Positions 10,705 to 22,392 of a stretch of 64,000 bases of DNA are shown in pieces (positions within the stretch are counted from its first letter, which is position 1; each line of letters starts with the position of its first letter). Source of the stretch: Toensbergia leucococca (lineage: Eukaryota); the NCBI GenBank assembly GCA_022813965.1, contig JALDZS010000003.1:186001-250000 (forward strand), in the 5' to 3' direction. The translations under genes were made by a program, and so were the position numbers. Below the pieces are notes generated by a model. That model was given only the letters and a program-made list of their open reading frames with translations, was not told where the DNA came from and ran no database searches.

Positions 10705-13700
10705 CTAGACAATCGATCCCTTCGCCCTCCTTAGTACGCGCTGCACCATGTCCTTTTTATAACCATAGCTCATCCAAGCTTTCAACTCGCTTTGGCCTTG
10801 AGTCACCAATGCTAACCATTGCTCGAAAGATCCGGCTATCCCACGGAATTCGAGAGCAAACATCGTAGCTGCCCGTCGGACGACTGACTCGGGACCTAAT
10901 AGTAATCGGAAGGCCAAGTTCCCGAGTCTTTGCCGTTCCGATTCGCCTAAAGACAGCTCACCGTCTGCATGGTGGCTGGCGTTGTAGCACAATTCCGTCA
11001 AAATATGAAAGCCTAGAATGATCAATCGCGCCGATTCGAGGCCCTCGCCCTCGATTTCCAGCATACCGAGAATCGCAATCAACGTCTGCTTGGGCGGGCA
11101 ACAGCAGATGAACCTCATGGCTATCCGGTCGATGCCGCAGGCCATATGTGAAGTGTTATGATACCATCTTCGAGCCATCATGAGGGAGCACAATGCCTTG
11201 GTATAGAAGCTAGAGAAACGGTCCGGATGGAACAGTTCCATTTGCGAGACCGAGAGCAAGATCTGCATCTTAAGAACAACTGGATTTCCCATGGGCGAAT
11301 CCTCAAGGTGATCTAGGAGGCCCATAGCCAGTTTGTTGTATTCGAGGCCAGCACCCCAGAAGTCATCATCCTTGCTTCGTATCAAGCTTTGTAATCTTCG
11401 AAACCCATGCACATTCAAGTCTCTTGCTTGAACTTTGGACACGTATAGGCCGAGCATCTCTCGCTGTTGAGATGTCTCACTAACCGGAGCGAGCTCCATA
11501 GTTGGGGTTGCCTCCGCTGCTGAGGTTGCCTCTGCAATTGGGGTTGCCTCCGTAATTGGGGTTGCCTCCGTAATTGGGGTTGCCTCCGCTGCCAGGATCG
11601 TCTCTGCATTTGGGGTTGCCTCCGTAGTTGGGGTTGCGTCCACCGCTAGGGTCGTCTCTGCATTTGGGGTTGCCTCCGTAGTTGGGGTTGCGTCCGCTGC
11701 TAGGGTCGCCTCTGCATTTGGGGTTGCCTCCGTAGTTGGGGTCACCTTCATAGTCGGCGCTGGCTCTGTCGTCATGGCAGGGACCATCGTCGTGGCAGTC
11801 TCAACGATGGCGGTGGAATGGACGGGCTGAATCCTGGCCTTCGTCATTTTAAGAGGACGCACCGGGGCTGACCTCATTGAAGGGACAGACTTCACGGCTG
11901 CCGGACGCTGAGCAAGTCTCTTCTCAGCGATGGCGTCCCTTATAGATCCAACATTGCAAGGAATCGGAGCCTCTGCTGATGCTGCTAATGGCTGGGGATT
12001 AGAAGGATCTTTCATGAGCTGATCCTTCTTCTTGGGATCAATGCTTGAAAGCACACTAAATAGCCATCAGTATCTGCGATAATCAATCATTTCAAAGTCC
12101 ATCAGTACTTACAATTCTGCTCTATCGGGCCAGATTTTTCGAAATTCCCAGAACACAGGTCTGGCGTTATTTCGAACGCCAGGGTTGGCGTCTTCCAGAC
12201 CACGCTTGACACACTTCTGGATGAGATCGAGACTGCCCCCGTGTTCCAGGACACGTTTTTCATGGCCATACTTTTTGATAAGTGTTTCGACCCATAGCGC
12301 TGCAAACGATCTTGGCTGTACGTTTTTATCTTGAGCAGCGTTCCAGATGTGCTGCATCAGACGTGGGCTATACGTCACATGGGTGAATATTGCAATCAAG
12401 GTCGTGTTCCCGTTTTGGGCGCTTAACTTCTTCGTGCCACCGCACAATTTCACGAGGTCCTGTAGTAGAATCTCGACGACGCTGTCAAGTCCATGGCCAG
12501 CGATAGCAGCAAATTCTTGTAGAAATTTGCACCCCATCGTGGATAGGGTTGTTCGTAAGGAATTTATCGCCTTCAAAACTCCTTCTAACAGGCCTTTGAA
12601 TCCAGAGATGAAAGCGGTATGGAACTCTGCGGGTGCGTTGCCCCTAATCAGTCTCCTTAGCTTAAATAGACTTTTCTCTCGATGATTCCAATTCTTTTCA
12701 GACTCCTTCCCTTCGAAGTAGGAAGACATGTCGGAAAAGATGTCATTTACGTCTCTCGACGACAATACCATGATAGGCTCAATATCCTCAGCTTCGGGAT
12801 CTGGAATAGTTGAGGCCTGGATAGCAAGAGTAGAGGTTGTAGAGGCTTCGGAGGTACTTGAAGATGGGATGACTGCACTTGAGGATCGACTTTGAGAGAT
12901 GACCGACTTCGGATTTGCGGCTGTTTTTGAATGATCGCTTTGCTGACATTGCTTTGTGACAATGAGCTTAAGAGGACCGGTTTGTCTCGAGTGATCGCTT
13001 TGCTGACGTTGTTCTCCGGCATTGGGCTTGAGAGGACCGGGCTGTCTTGAATGATCGCTTTGCTGACGTCGTTGTGTGACACTGGGATTAGGAGGATCGG
13101 CCAGTGTTGATGGTTCGCTTTGCTTGCGTTGCTTTGCGACGCTGGGCTTAGAAGGAAGCGAGGCAGTCAGTATCGAAGGCACGATTTGTTGGCGTTGCTT
13201 TACAACATTGGGAAGAGGAGCAGTCGGTGTCGAAGCATCGCTTAGCTTGCGTTGGTTTGCGACAATGGGCTTAGAGGAACGAAGAGGGGCCGCTGTCGAA
13301 GCATCGCTTTGCTTGCGTTGCTTTACAACACTGAGCTTCGAAGGTAGAGAAGTGGCCAGTGTCGAAGTCTCGCTTTGCTTACGTTGCTTTGTGACATTGG
13401 GCTTGGGAAGAGGAATAGCCATCGTCGAAGCTACGCTTTGCTGGTGTTGCTTTTTGACAATGACTTTCGCGGGAAGAGAAGCGGCCCTGTAGGTTCATTA
13501 GGTTCTGAGACATCGATAGAGTCGTCGAATAAACACGACAACATACTGGAGTACGGGGGAAGTATCTGAAGTACTAGCATCGATCTCGACAATAACAGTG
13601 GAGTCGAGCTCGGTGAGAATGTTGACAGCAATCTCTCGACTAATCTTGCATTGCTGTAACTGCTTTTTGATGTCCTGTCTCGCAGTGAAGGGAGCATGCC

Positions 13701-14372
13701 TGAAGATTGGTTAGCTCTGGTATACAGACAGAAGTGTTGTGTTGGAATGATGGCGTACTGGAAGAGCTGGATGATTGTGTCCTTTGCTACAAATCTGACG
13801 TGCCCATAACGGTCCTCGAGACAATTGATGATGATAGGGATGAAGCGTCGGAAGTGTAGTCCGTGCTCTTGGGTCATCTGCATCAGGTTAGCAATGATCG
13901 TGTGATCAGGTTACCTTAGTAGACTTACTCTAAGAATCCATTGTAAGCCGACTTCTTTAGCCCTTGGGCTATCTTCGGTCAATAGAACTTCTTGGATGAA
14001 AGTCTCCACATTCACCGCAGAAACAATCCAAAAATCTGTCAGTAATTGCGAGGTTCTAGCACGGATTCTGTCTCGGCATTCATCAAGACAGCCAAGAAGG
14101 GACGAGAAGGTTTCTGGGCCTTCAGCAATAATGTAGGGCCTTTTGTCTTGGCGACCGAGTCGCTTTATGAGATGGGAAAGCATTGACAGCGACACATCAT
14201 AGAGAGGAGGTTGTAGAATGGCTAGGCGGACCAGATTGAAGATAGGAAGGATGGTAGCTTCCGGGACGTCGTTGTGCTTTATCTCTGATTTTAGCCGGTC
14301 TAAGTACTCGGTCCTTTGGTCAAGAGGTAAAGAGCTTAGAGTGTTGGCGAGAGTGCTAGCAACGTCGTCCAT
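10705..14372 (-). CDS. STU1: STU1/CLASP-family microtubule-binding protein, divergent and repeat-expanded (exons 13929-14372, 13759-13877, 13547-13699, 12113-13486, 10705-12055)
   Basis: N-terminal TOG-like region (LKSEIKHNDVPE, RIRARTSQ, PRAKE) and CLASP_N domain (FEGKESEKNW..RE, SLRTTLST, AQDKNVQPR, GLEDANPGVR); four GT-AG introns keep the frame. Confidence 0.85.
11497..11760 (-). repeat. Coding minisatellite: 18-bp units (EATP(I/T/N)T) in ~54-bp higher-order units inside STU1
   Basis: Repeated TTGGGGTTGCCTCCG on the + strand; translation TEATPNAE(A/T)TLAADATP. Confidence 0.9.
12920..13470 (-). repeat. Coding tandem repeat (about 54-69 bp units; KP(N/S)V.KQRKQS..ST) inside STU1
   Basis: Recurrent TCGCTTTGCT(T/G)..CGTTG on the + strand; about nine KQR.QS-type peptide units. 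Confidence 0.85.
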
Positions 14373-14879
14373 TGTCAATACTGGTGTTATGGATTTGCGT
14401 ATCCTGGTGTCTATGGTGTATGATGGTTGCTGATTGGGGTTTCTTAAAGGTGTTTCAGAACGCGCCACTCGCGCCGTCACGCCACGACGCGAAGAGACAA
14501 GCGAGGCTTGAAAGAGACAAGGTGCTCGGATCGAGAATATCTACCTACCTACCGAGCTACCTAGTGTGTGGGGCTGGATCAATAGATGAACCGGACCCGG
14601 GGACGCTAACCTAAGCCCTTTATGGCATACGCTAAACCATTTATGGAAATATCCATAACAGATGCCCGCAAACCCGAAAAAATGCCATGCCCTCATGGCA
14701 ACATGCTCCATCAACCTTCTATTGAATGGCCTTCAGTCCTATTGCCCGTTGTTGTACCATCCTCCATGCCTCCGTAGTTGGGGTTGCCTCCGTAGTTGGG
14801 GTTGCTTCCGCTACCAGTCATGAGCCCATCCATCAAGTCCTAGCTCATGCCCGTGTCGCCTTGCGAACACGTCCTTATT

Positions 14880-16423
14880 CTACCTCCATAGTCCATTCAA
14901 CTCGGGGCGTCGGCGGTGGCGATACACCCTCAGGTGACGATGCAGGGCGTTGTTGGAATGAAAAGAGGCATTGCATGTGCGACAGGTAGGTGGAAAGGAT
15001 AAGGATCTTCCATGATAAGATGGAAGCTCGTGCGATTCAGGATAGGTTGAAACGTGCATGTGGCGCCCAGGGAATGCAGGCGATTCTGCATATGATTTTT
15101 TCATGGATCCCTCGAGGCAATTAGGTAACTTATGGGTCGCAATTTCGGCCGATTTGGGGCGTGTATCTTGCGTCGGGGACTGATGCAATTTAGTATGTGG
15201 ATAACCCACATTTTCTCCTCGAGATTTTTTCAATTTGGTAAGTGGATATTCCGAACTGTTCGATTGAACTGGACGGAGTTTGGCTGAAAGGTTCAATCGA
15301 ACTGAACCTGATTCAGTGTATCCCTTCCGAGCAATGTCTATTCCATGCCGGTCTCTCATATGATTTCAATTCCAGGCTATTGGTGTAGGCTTCCTTGCAC
15401 TCACCACAGCTGTATGGCGGGAGATTGTACTGACCATGATCGGAGTCATTGAAGCAGACGGTAGGTGGATAAGCTGAATCAATCAATTGAAGTGGACGGA
15501 ATTCGGTGTACGCATGGAAGGATTCACAGCAATTTGAGTACTCCTTCTGAGCAATGCTGAATGCTTCAGAGTGACAGGTATTGGGAGGTAGATGAACATG
15601 ATGATATAGCTCTTCTTCATCTGCAGGTTCCTCGGTGGAATGAAGAGGTTGATGATGAGTTTCTATCGCGTCAGCGAGGTAGGCCGCCCCCTGAGTGATT
15701 TGCTTAGGTGGTGAAGTCGTGGAACGACCGAAATTGAAAGGCTTGTAGGCGTTTTGCGATGAGGGAGGTAAGGCCTTATCTTGATTTCCCTCATTTCCTC
15801 CGTTGTATCCTTGCTCGTGATGATGACGTCTGGCTACCTTGACTCCCTGAAGGGCCAGAGGCTTGATCGGGGGCTCAGGTGATGGCCGTCAGTAATCAGC
15901 TTGACTAGTCGGGGGCTCAGGTGGTGGCCGTCGGTGTTGCATCTGAGGATTTGAATTGACAGGAGACTTCGGAATGTTTGAGGTAGTAAATTTGTGACGA
16001 TCCCACGGGCGGTTATTAAGACGATTCAGAATGGTGGTGAGCATCCCTTTTATGGCATTCAATCACTTATTGATCTCCTCCTTGTAAGATCCTGGTTGAT
16101 CCATGGTAGTCATGGGGTTTCGAACGGACTGGGTAGAAAAGACTGAGGAGGAAAGGATCGCTCAAATAGCGATCAAAAGAGAAGTGATAATGGTCGCCAC
16201 TATTGACGACTTGGTTTCTAAAGGAAACGATTGGTAAAGACTCAAGGAACTGACTGATTCCTTGACTGAATCTAATGATGAATGCTATGAAATCCGTTGG
16301 TGAGACTGAAAAAAAAAATTCCGAATTTCGGGCTAATTCCCGGGGTTTCTTGGTGACAGTGACGGCGTGGGCTTCAGCCTCTTCGCTGGTGATGAGGTGC
16401 TGGTGAGTGACGATAGGAGCCAC
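14880..16423 (-). mobile_element. Degenerate, possibly retroelement-derived coding remnant with a C2H2 zinc-finger fragment
   Basis: CRTCNASFHSNNALHRHLR near 14930-14990 within broken frames; no RT, integrase or LTR recognised. Confidence 0.3.
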
Positions 16424-16451
16424 TTGATCGAACCTATGCTGTTGCTACCAT

Positions 16452-17370
16452 TGTTATGGATTTCCGTATCCTGGTGTCTATGGTGTATGATGGTTGCCGA
16501 TCCAAGTACTCGGTCCTTTGGTTAAGAGGTAAGGAGCTTAGAGCGTTGGTGAGAGTGCTAGCAACGTCGTCCATTGTCAATACAGGCCAGCGTAGAAGAT
16601 TCACTTGAGGCTCAAGTTGATAAAGAGATGTGCTAACAGTAAGACTGCTAGCAATGAAGAGAGTAAGAGCGTGTTGGAGGAGATGATGATGGCGGAGATA
16701 ACAAGGGCAAGCCAAATTGACTAGATCGAAACAATGACTTCTGACATTTTGTTAGTTGTTAGCGAACTCTTGATTACGAACTATAATTTGTTGTGGTATT
16801 CCAAGATCCACAACACTCGAAGGATGGCAGCTTCTGGGACGTCGTTGTGCTTGGTCTTTGACTTCAACCGGTCTAAGTACTCGTTCCTTAGGCCAAGAGG
16901 TAGGGAGCTCAAGGCGGTGGCGAGAGTGCTAGCAGCGTTCCGCCCATACTTCCCATGGCAGCGGGCGACTTGCGCGCCAATGCTCCCCCTTCCCGTCACA
17001 GAATTCGTTCGATCATCGTCCCATCAATTGGGAACGAGGAGGTTGTAAAATAGCCAGGCGGACCAGATTGAAAATAGGAAGGATCGCAGCTTCTGGGACG
17101 TTGTTGTGCTTGATTTTTGCCTTCAATTGGTCCAAGTACTCGTTCCTTAGAAGTTCGTCCATCTTCGACGCTGGCCAGCATCGAGGATTTGATTGAGCCC
17201 CGAGGCTCGAGTTGAGATGGAAGAAATGTGCTAACAGTAACACTGCTAGCAATGAAGATAGTAGGAGGGTGTTGGACGAGACAAGAAGTACAAGCCAAAG
17301 TGGCTTGTAGTCAACAATCACTTCTGGCATTTTGTTAGTTACCGAACTCTCAATATTGTGGTATTCCAAG
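16452..17370 (-). pseudogene. Tandem cluster of three truncated or rearranged copies of the STU1 5' exon plus a shared upstream module
   Basis: Peptides MDDVASTLTNALSSLPLNQRTEYLDR, ASTLATALSSLPLGLRNEYLDRLKSKTKHNDVPEAAIL and LRNEYLDQLKAKIKHNNVPEAAILPIFNLVRLAILQPP match STU1 at 14204-14372. Confidence 0.85.
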
Positions 17371-18810
17371 AGCAGAAGTTGATGCGAAGAAAGAGAAGAA
17401 AAACGGGCTGGGGATGGGATATTATAGCTGAGGGGTTTAGACTTTCTCACAAGCTGCTCGTTCTCAACCGGACGTAAACAGAGGCATGTGCTTGTGATTG
17501 ATGTTGGTGCTGCCCAACAGAATGAGCAAATTGATGTGGATGTCCAGGAGTGGAAGTCGCGATGATACGCGAGAGAGCAACAAAAGCCAGACTACCTCTT
17601 CTCAAGATCTTGACTTGCCTGACCTAATTGAAGATCGAATCGTGCGTCTATTTAACCGTTACTTCCAGCGTCTGTTACTAAGGTAACGTTAGAATTACCT
17701 TAGTGTACCTTACCTATGACGGATCGCGGGTCCATGCAACGCTAAGGTGAGGAAAAAGGGAAGTTTGAGTCGGGTGAAACATATGAAGCATGCCGACTGT
17801 TTGGATGAGGCTCTGCGATAGAACAACTAACTTTGGTGGGGTATCCAACCACAGTTGAAATACTCCGTATTCGGACAAATAGAATCATACCTTATCGCCG
17901 ACATCTGAAATTGCATCATCTTCAAATATGCGTTGTATGTACGAACATGGAGTAGCTCAAAATGCTTTTCACATGTCAAGGACCTCCTTCTTTGTCTGTT
18001 AGGGATATTCTGTTATCACGATATTGCAGCGAGCGAAGCGAGATGTACCTTAGGTACTTACTGCCAGCTCTAATTGAGTGGACCTCACCTAGGTATTCCA
18101 CTTGATGATGTTGGAATCATCGATCAAGGACCCGATTTGGATGCAAGGTTACATCGCGTGTGGCTGGGAACCCCTTATATTTTACCTATACAGCTTGTCT
18201 CTCTCCGAGGTACTCGATCTCTTTAGCAATTCTATCATGTTATGTATCATACTTATTAGTTCTTTCATCAGATGATGCAGTTACATGACATAGAAAGAAA
18301 ACTGAGTGAGTTTGGCTCCTTGAGGCTAGGTAGGTAGACCTCCATTCACTGCTTACCTTACCGTACTGAGAGAATCTCATGTACAGGTAGAAATGTCAGT
18401 GAATGAAGGTCCAGCACTGCAAATCAAACGACCGATCACATAGGTGCTGTAGAGTAAAATTTGTGTCATGGCCAGCTCAAGCACACCCTCGTTGCATTTC
18501 CTAGCGGGTGACCCCCTCACGATGGGACTATTTTTATATAGGGCCCATCGTCAAGTAATATGGCTCTACCTACTCAGATCGTTTCACATCACCGAAGGCG
18601 TCCACTGTAAGAGCTACCAAGTGATTCAATCAGACGTGAATTAATTTGTATTTCTTTTTTCGTCATAAAAGTGCTGTTTTCAAAAACACTAACCTACATT
18701 GAGTCATTAATGCAAATTGTTTGATTCAATATCTCCAATGCTTTATATTCGAGGATTTAATTGATGTAATATATGGAGCTTGCATGCAGATACTAAATAC
18801 CAGAGATTAT

Positions 18811-19776
18811 CTAAATAATATATGTTGGCGTTGGTCTCTCTTCATTATCACCTGCATAGTTTTCACGTAATTCTTGCTCTTCGACGTCCCTCTCAACCAG
18901 CACACCTTCATCGTTATCCTCCACATCTTCATTCTCTCCTTGTCCTTTCGTTCTGTGCTCTTTCAAGCTCTCACTATATTCTTCCCACATCTCCTCTACC
19001 CCTTGTCGGAAAAGAGTGTTCCAGAAATATTTTTCTGAATACTTCCTGTCCCTTAATTTTTCATTTAATGCTCTAACACTCCCTTCTCCCCACTTGTTCT
19101 CAACCCAGTCTAGAAAATATCCTGTATGCTGATAGCCTGCATCCCAATCCCCTCCACCCTCTTTTCTCCAATGTGGTGGACTCAATCCCGCTTTCAATCT
19201 CACGAAGTCTGCCACGCCCTCAATCAAACCACCCGGTGCGGTTCCCAATGCATTCCATTGCCAGCAGTGGACCATCTCGTGGACCAAGACTCCGAGTATT
19301 TCGTCGCGTTGACGGTTTGGAGGATCGGCTGGGATCGAGGCGATGTAGTCGAGTGAGAAATGGATTTCTTTATGGTCTGAATCAAGGGAGCTACCCGTGG
19401 TGTACGCAACCCCTGGCATGGGCCGGAGAATCAAGGTTATTGAACGAGTCGGAGGAATATGTGAGTTTGTGGATGTGGGATGGTATAGAGCTGACGTGAC
19501 AATGCTCACGCTTGAAGCCAGGGCAACCGAGGGATTGGTGGTGCTGAAGAAAATGTTGGCTCCGGGATGATTGAGATCATGAATCTTGAGGCGAAGTTTG
19601 GGGGTTGGAAACTCAGGATTGGGATGGGGCCTCGACGCAGCGCCCGGTAATTTGGAAGATGGGGGTGAAGAACGGATAGGGAGAGGGGAAGGTGTTTGGT
19701 CGGAGTGTATGGAGGACATTGCCAACGGTGTGGGCAGTGCTTTTGGAGATTGATCTAGCATTTCGACGTGTAGCAC
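18811..19776 (-). CDS. BSP/PBSP-family zinc peptidase; start uncertain (19719, or 19874 via a 44-nt intron)
   Basis: GVAYT, KEIHFSLDYI, HEMVH, GGLIEGVADFVRL and WDAGY motifs. Confidence 0.88.
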   Translation of the reverse strand: MLHVEMLDQSPKALPTPLAMSSIHSDQTPSPLPIRSSPPSSKLPGAASRPHPNPEFPTPKLRLKIHDLNHPGANIFFSTTNPSVALASSVSIVTSALYHPTSTNSHIPPTRSITLILRPMPGVAYTTGSSLDSDHKEIHFSLDYIASIPADPPNRQRDEILGVLVHEMVHCWQWNALGTAPGGLIEGVADFVRLKAGLSPPHWRKEGGGDWDAGYQHTGYFLDWVENKWGEGSVRALNEKLRDRKYSEKYFWNTLFRQGVEEMWEEYSESLKEHRTKGQGENEDVEDNDEGVLVERDVEEQELRENYAGDNEERPTPTYII

Positions 19777-20187
19777 TAATTAGGGATAGGATGAAGTGAT
19801 ATTTGGGTTGAAGACATACCTATCCTTGCAAGCCCCTTCTTGCCGGTCATCGGTAGAGTAGCGTCGTCGATCATAACAGGCATACGACGGCATCGGGCCG
19901 CATCTATTATCCTAGCCTAGGTAGGTATGTCTGCACTTAACCTGCTTTCTCATTACCATCGTCATCTTATGCATTTGTACATTTTTTTATAAAATTATTG
20001 TTCATTGAGGATCATGCTAGCCACTCGAAGCACTTAATCGCTTTCCCATCTCAATTTGACCGGTCTTGAAACGTTGGCAGCACAACGGTCACTGAATCGC
20101 CATCATGGTAAGTAGATCCTTCGCCATTTATCTGGTAGATCCAGAAAGGATATCGCAAGTTTCAAGTACAACCTAGGACACTGATTC

Positions 20188-21985
20188 ATGCAGGCCTCAA
20201 TCCTCCGCCAAATTGTCGCAGGACCTCGTTCACGCCATCCAGAGGCTGGGCTTGATTTATGTTACGTCACAGACAGCAGTAATGCAATTCCTCACTATCA
20301 CTTTCATATCATATCACATACTGACAGATGGATTCGCGTCTTCCTCAGTCATTGCTACATCCGGTCCATCATCAACCTACCCACAGCGAGCATACCGCAA
20401 TCCTACCGACGCCCTCGTCAAGTTCCTCGACTACAAACACGGTGCCAACTGGGCGATATGGGAATTCCGCGCCGAAGGCACGGGCTATCCCGATTCTGAA
20501 GTCCACGGCCGCATACGACACTATCCTTGGCCAGACCATCATCCTCCGCCATTTGCACTCATTCCAAACATAATGGCTAGCATGCGAAATTGGTTGAAAG
20601 CATCTGATCAGAAGGACCGGCGAGTAGTAGTCGTGCACTGCAAAGCTGGGAAGGGTAGAAGTGGAACGGTGGCTTGCAGCTACTTGATCAGTGAAGAGGG
20701 TTGGACGGTGGGCCAGGCATTGACCCGATTCACCGAGAGACGGATGCGCTCTGGATTTGGTGCCGGTGTGAGTATACCTAGTCAAGTAAGATGGATTGAC
20801 TATGTAGATAGATGGACGAAACAAGGGAAAGTCTATGTAGAGAGACAGATTGAGGTGCTGGAGGTGCACGTTTGGGGATTGAGGGACGGAGTAAAGGTCG
20901 CTATAGAGGGTTTCGTCGACGAAGGAAGGACTATAAAAACATTTCACATCTTTCGAAGAGATGAGAGGATAGTAATTGACGGGACCGCACACAACTCCGG
21001 GGTATTTGCCAGCCTTATTGGATCAAACAACGAGAGGGGAGTTCCACCATCAAGACACCCACCTCAGCTCGACGGTACAACACATTCAAAGCCCACCGAT
21101 GGTACAGAAGACCCCTTTGCTCTTTGCAACCACCCAGACAACGACACCGGCGCTGGCGCCGTAATCTTTCGCCCCTCAACCCGCGTTGTCCTCCCCACAA
21201 ATGACATAAACATCGACTTTGAACGCCGCAACAAAGCCACCTACGGCTGGACAATGGTCACCTCAGTGGCACACGTCTGGTTCAACGCCTTCTTCGAGAG
21301 TAGCAGTCTCGAAAACAACAACAAAGTACCCTCGGACGGCGTCTTCGACATTGAATGGGACGCCATGGACGGCATCAAAGGCAGCAGCCGCAAGGGCATC
21401 CGCGCCCTCGATCGCCTGGCTGTCGTATGGCGTGCTCTCGACAGCACAGAAGGCGGTCTGACGCATATCATCACCGAGCCTGTCCATGGCGAACCGGTGC
21501 CGCAGTCCAGACCTGCGGACTGGAAAGGCGCACATCATGACCCCTCGACATTGGGCAAAGACCTGGGACTGCGGACCGAAAGCCCCATCAGCGCGAACGT
21601 CAGCAAGGCTAATAGCGTCCAAAGCATCGACTTCGAGAAGGTTCCTGGTAGTCCCGTTGACGAACCAGCTGCAGGCGTGCGGGCGCATGGTCCGCAGGGC
21701 GAAGAACATATCCTGCATCCAGACGGCCTGCCTCGTTTGATAACCCCGGCCTCGCAGCCTATTCCCCAAGACCATACCGTGTTGGGTGGAATAGTTGTGG
21801 GTAGCCCACATGCTGACAAAGTGGAAGGTTCGGGGCTGGCGAGTGTGGCTGGAGTTGCGGGTGGGAGGAAGGGAGTCAGCACGGGGGATTTGCCGGGCGG
21901 GAGGGCAGAAGGGGAGATGGAGACGTCGAGGGATCGTGTTGTTGGGCAGGTCGTTAGGGATGAGGATACCACTACGAGTTCATGA
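20188..21985 (+). CDS. TEP1: PTEN/TEP1-like phosphoinositide / dual-specificity phosphatase (intron about 20279-20348)
   Basis: LDLCYVTD, WPDHHPPPF, HCKAGKGRSG catalytic loop and GVSIPSQ.R. Confidence 0.9.
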
Positions 21986-22392
21986 TGACATTGTCCTCAT
22001 CGCTGGACAAGTTCGGGTGGAATGACTGCATACCAAGGCATTCATTGTTTTTCGACTCTCAGGCGCAAAGGGGGCATACAGAAATGAGGATTCAGGAAGC
22101 AGGAGTTTTTCTTGCTAGGGGGGGATAGAGGGTTTGAATGCAGAGACGATACCAACCCATCACCGGAATCGGAATATTCCCTTTGCTTATTTAATGTACC
22201 AATAAAGTGGGATGTCACCTGTCCAAATACAATGTGTAATGTACAGGTCCGACGCCGCCAGGCTATGCACACGAACCGATCAATCGCTCTCAACCACGCT
22301 CTTTGCAGCGCAACCCTCCCCCTATATCTCATACAAACAGCCCACCCAGCATCAACACACCCATCTATAAACCAAAAAAAAATCCGTCCATC

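Noticed and set aside
11497..13470. CRISPR-like repeat arrays
   Set aside because: Eukaryotic, in-frame coding minisatellites with no unique spacers and no cas genes.
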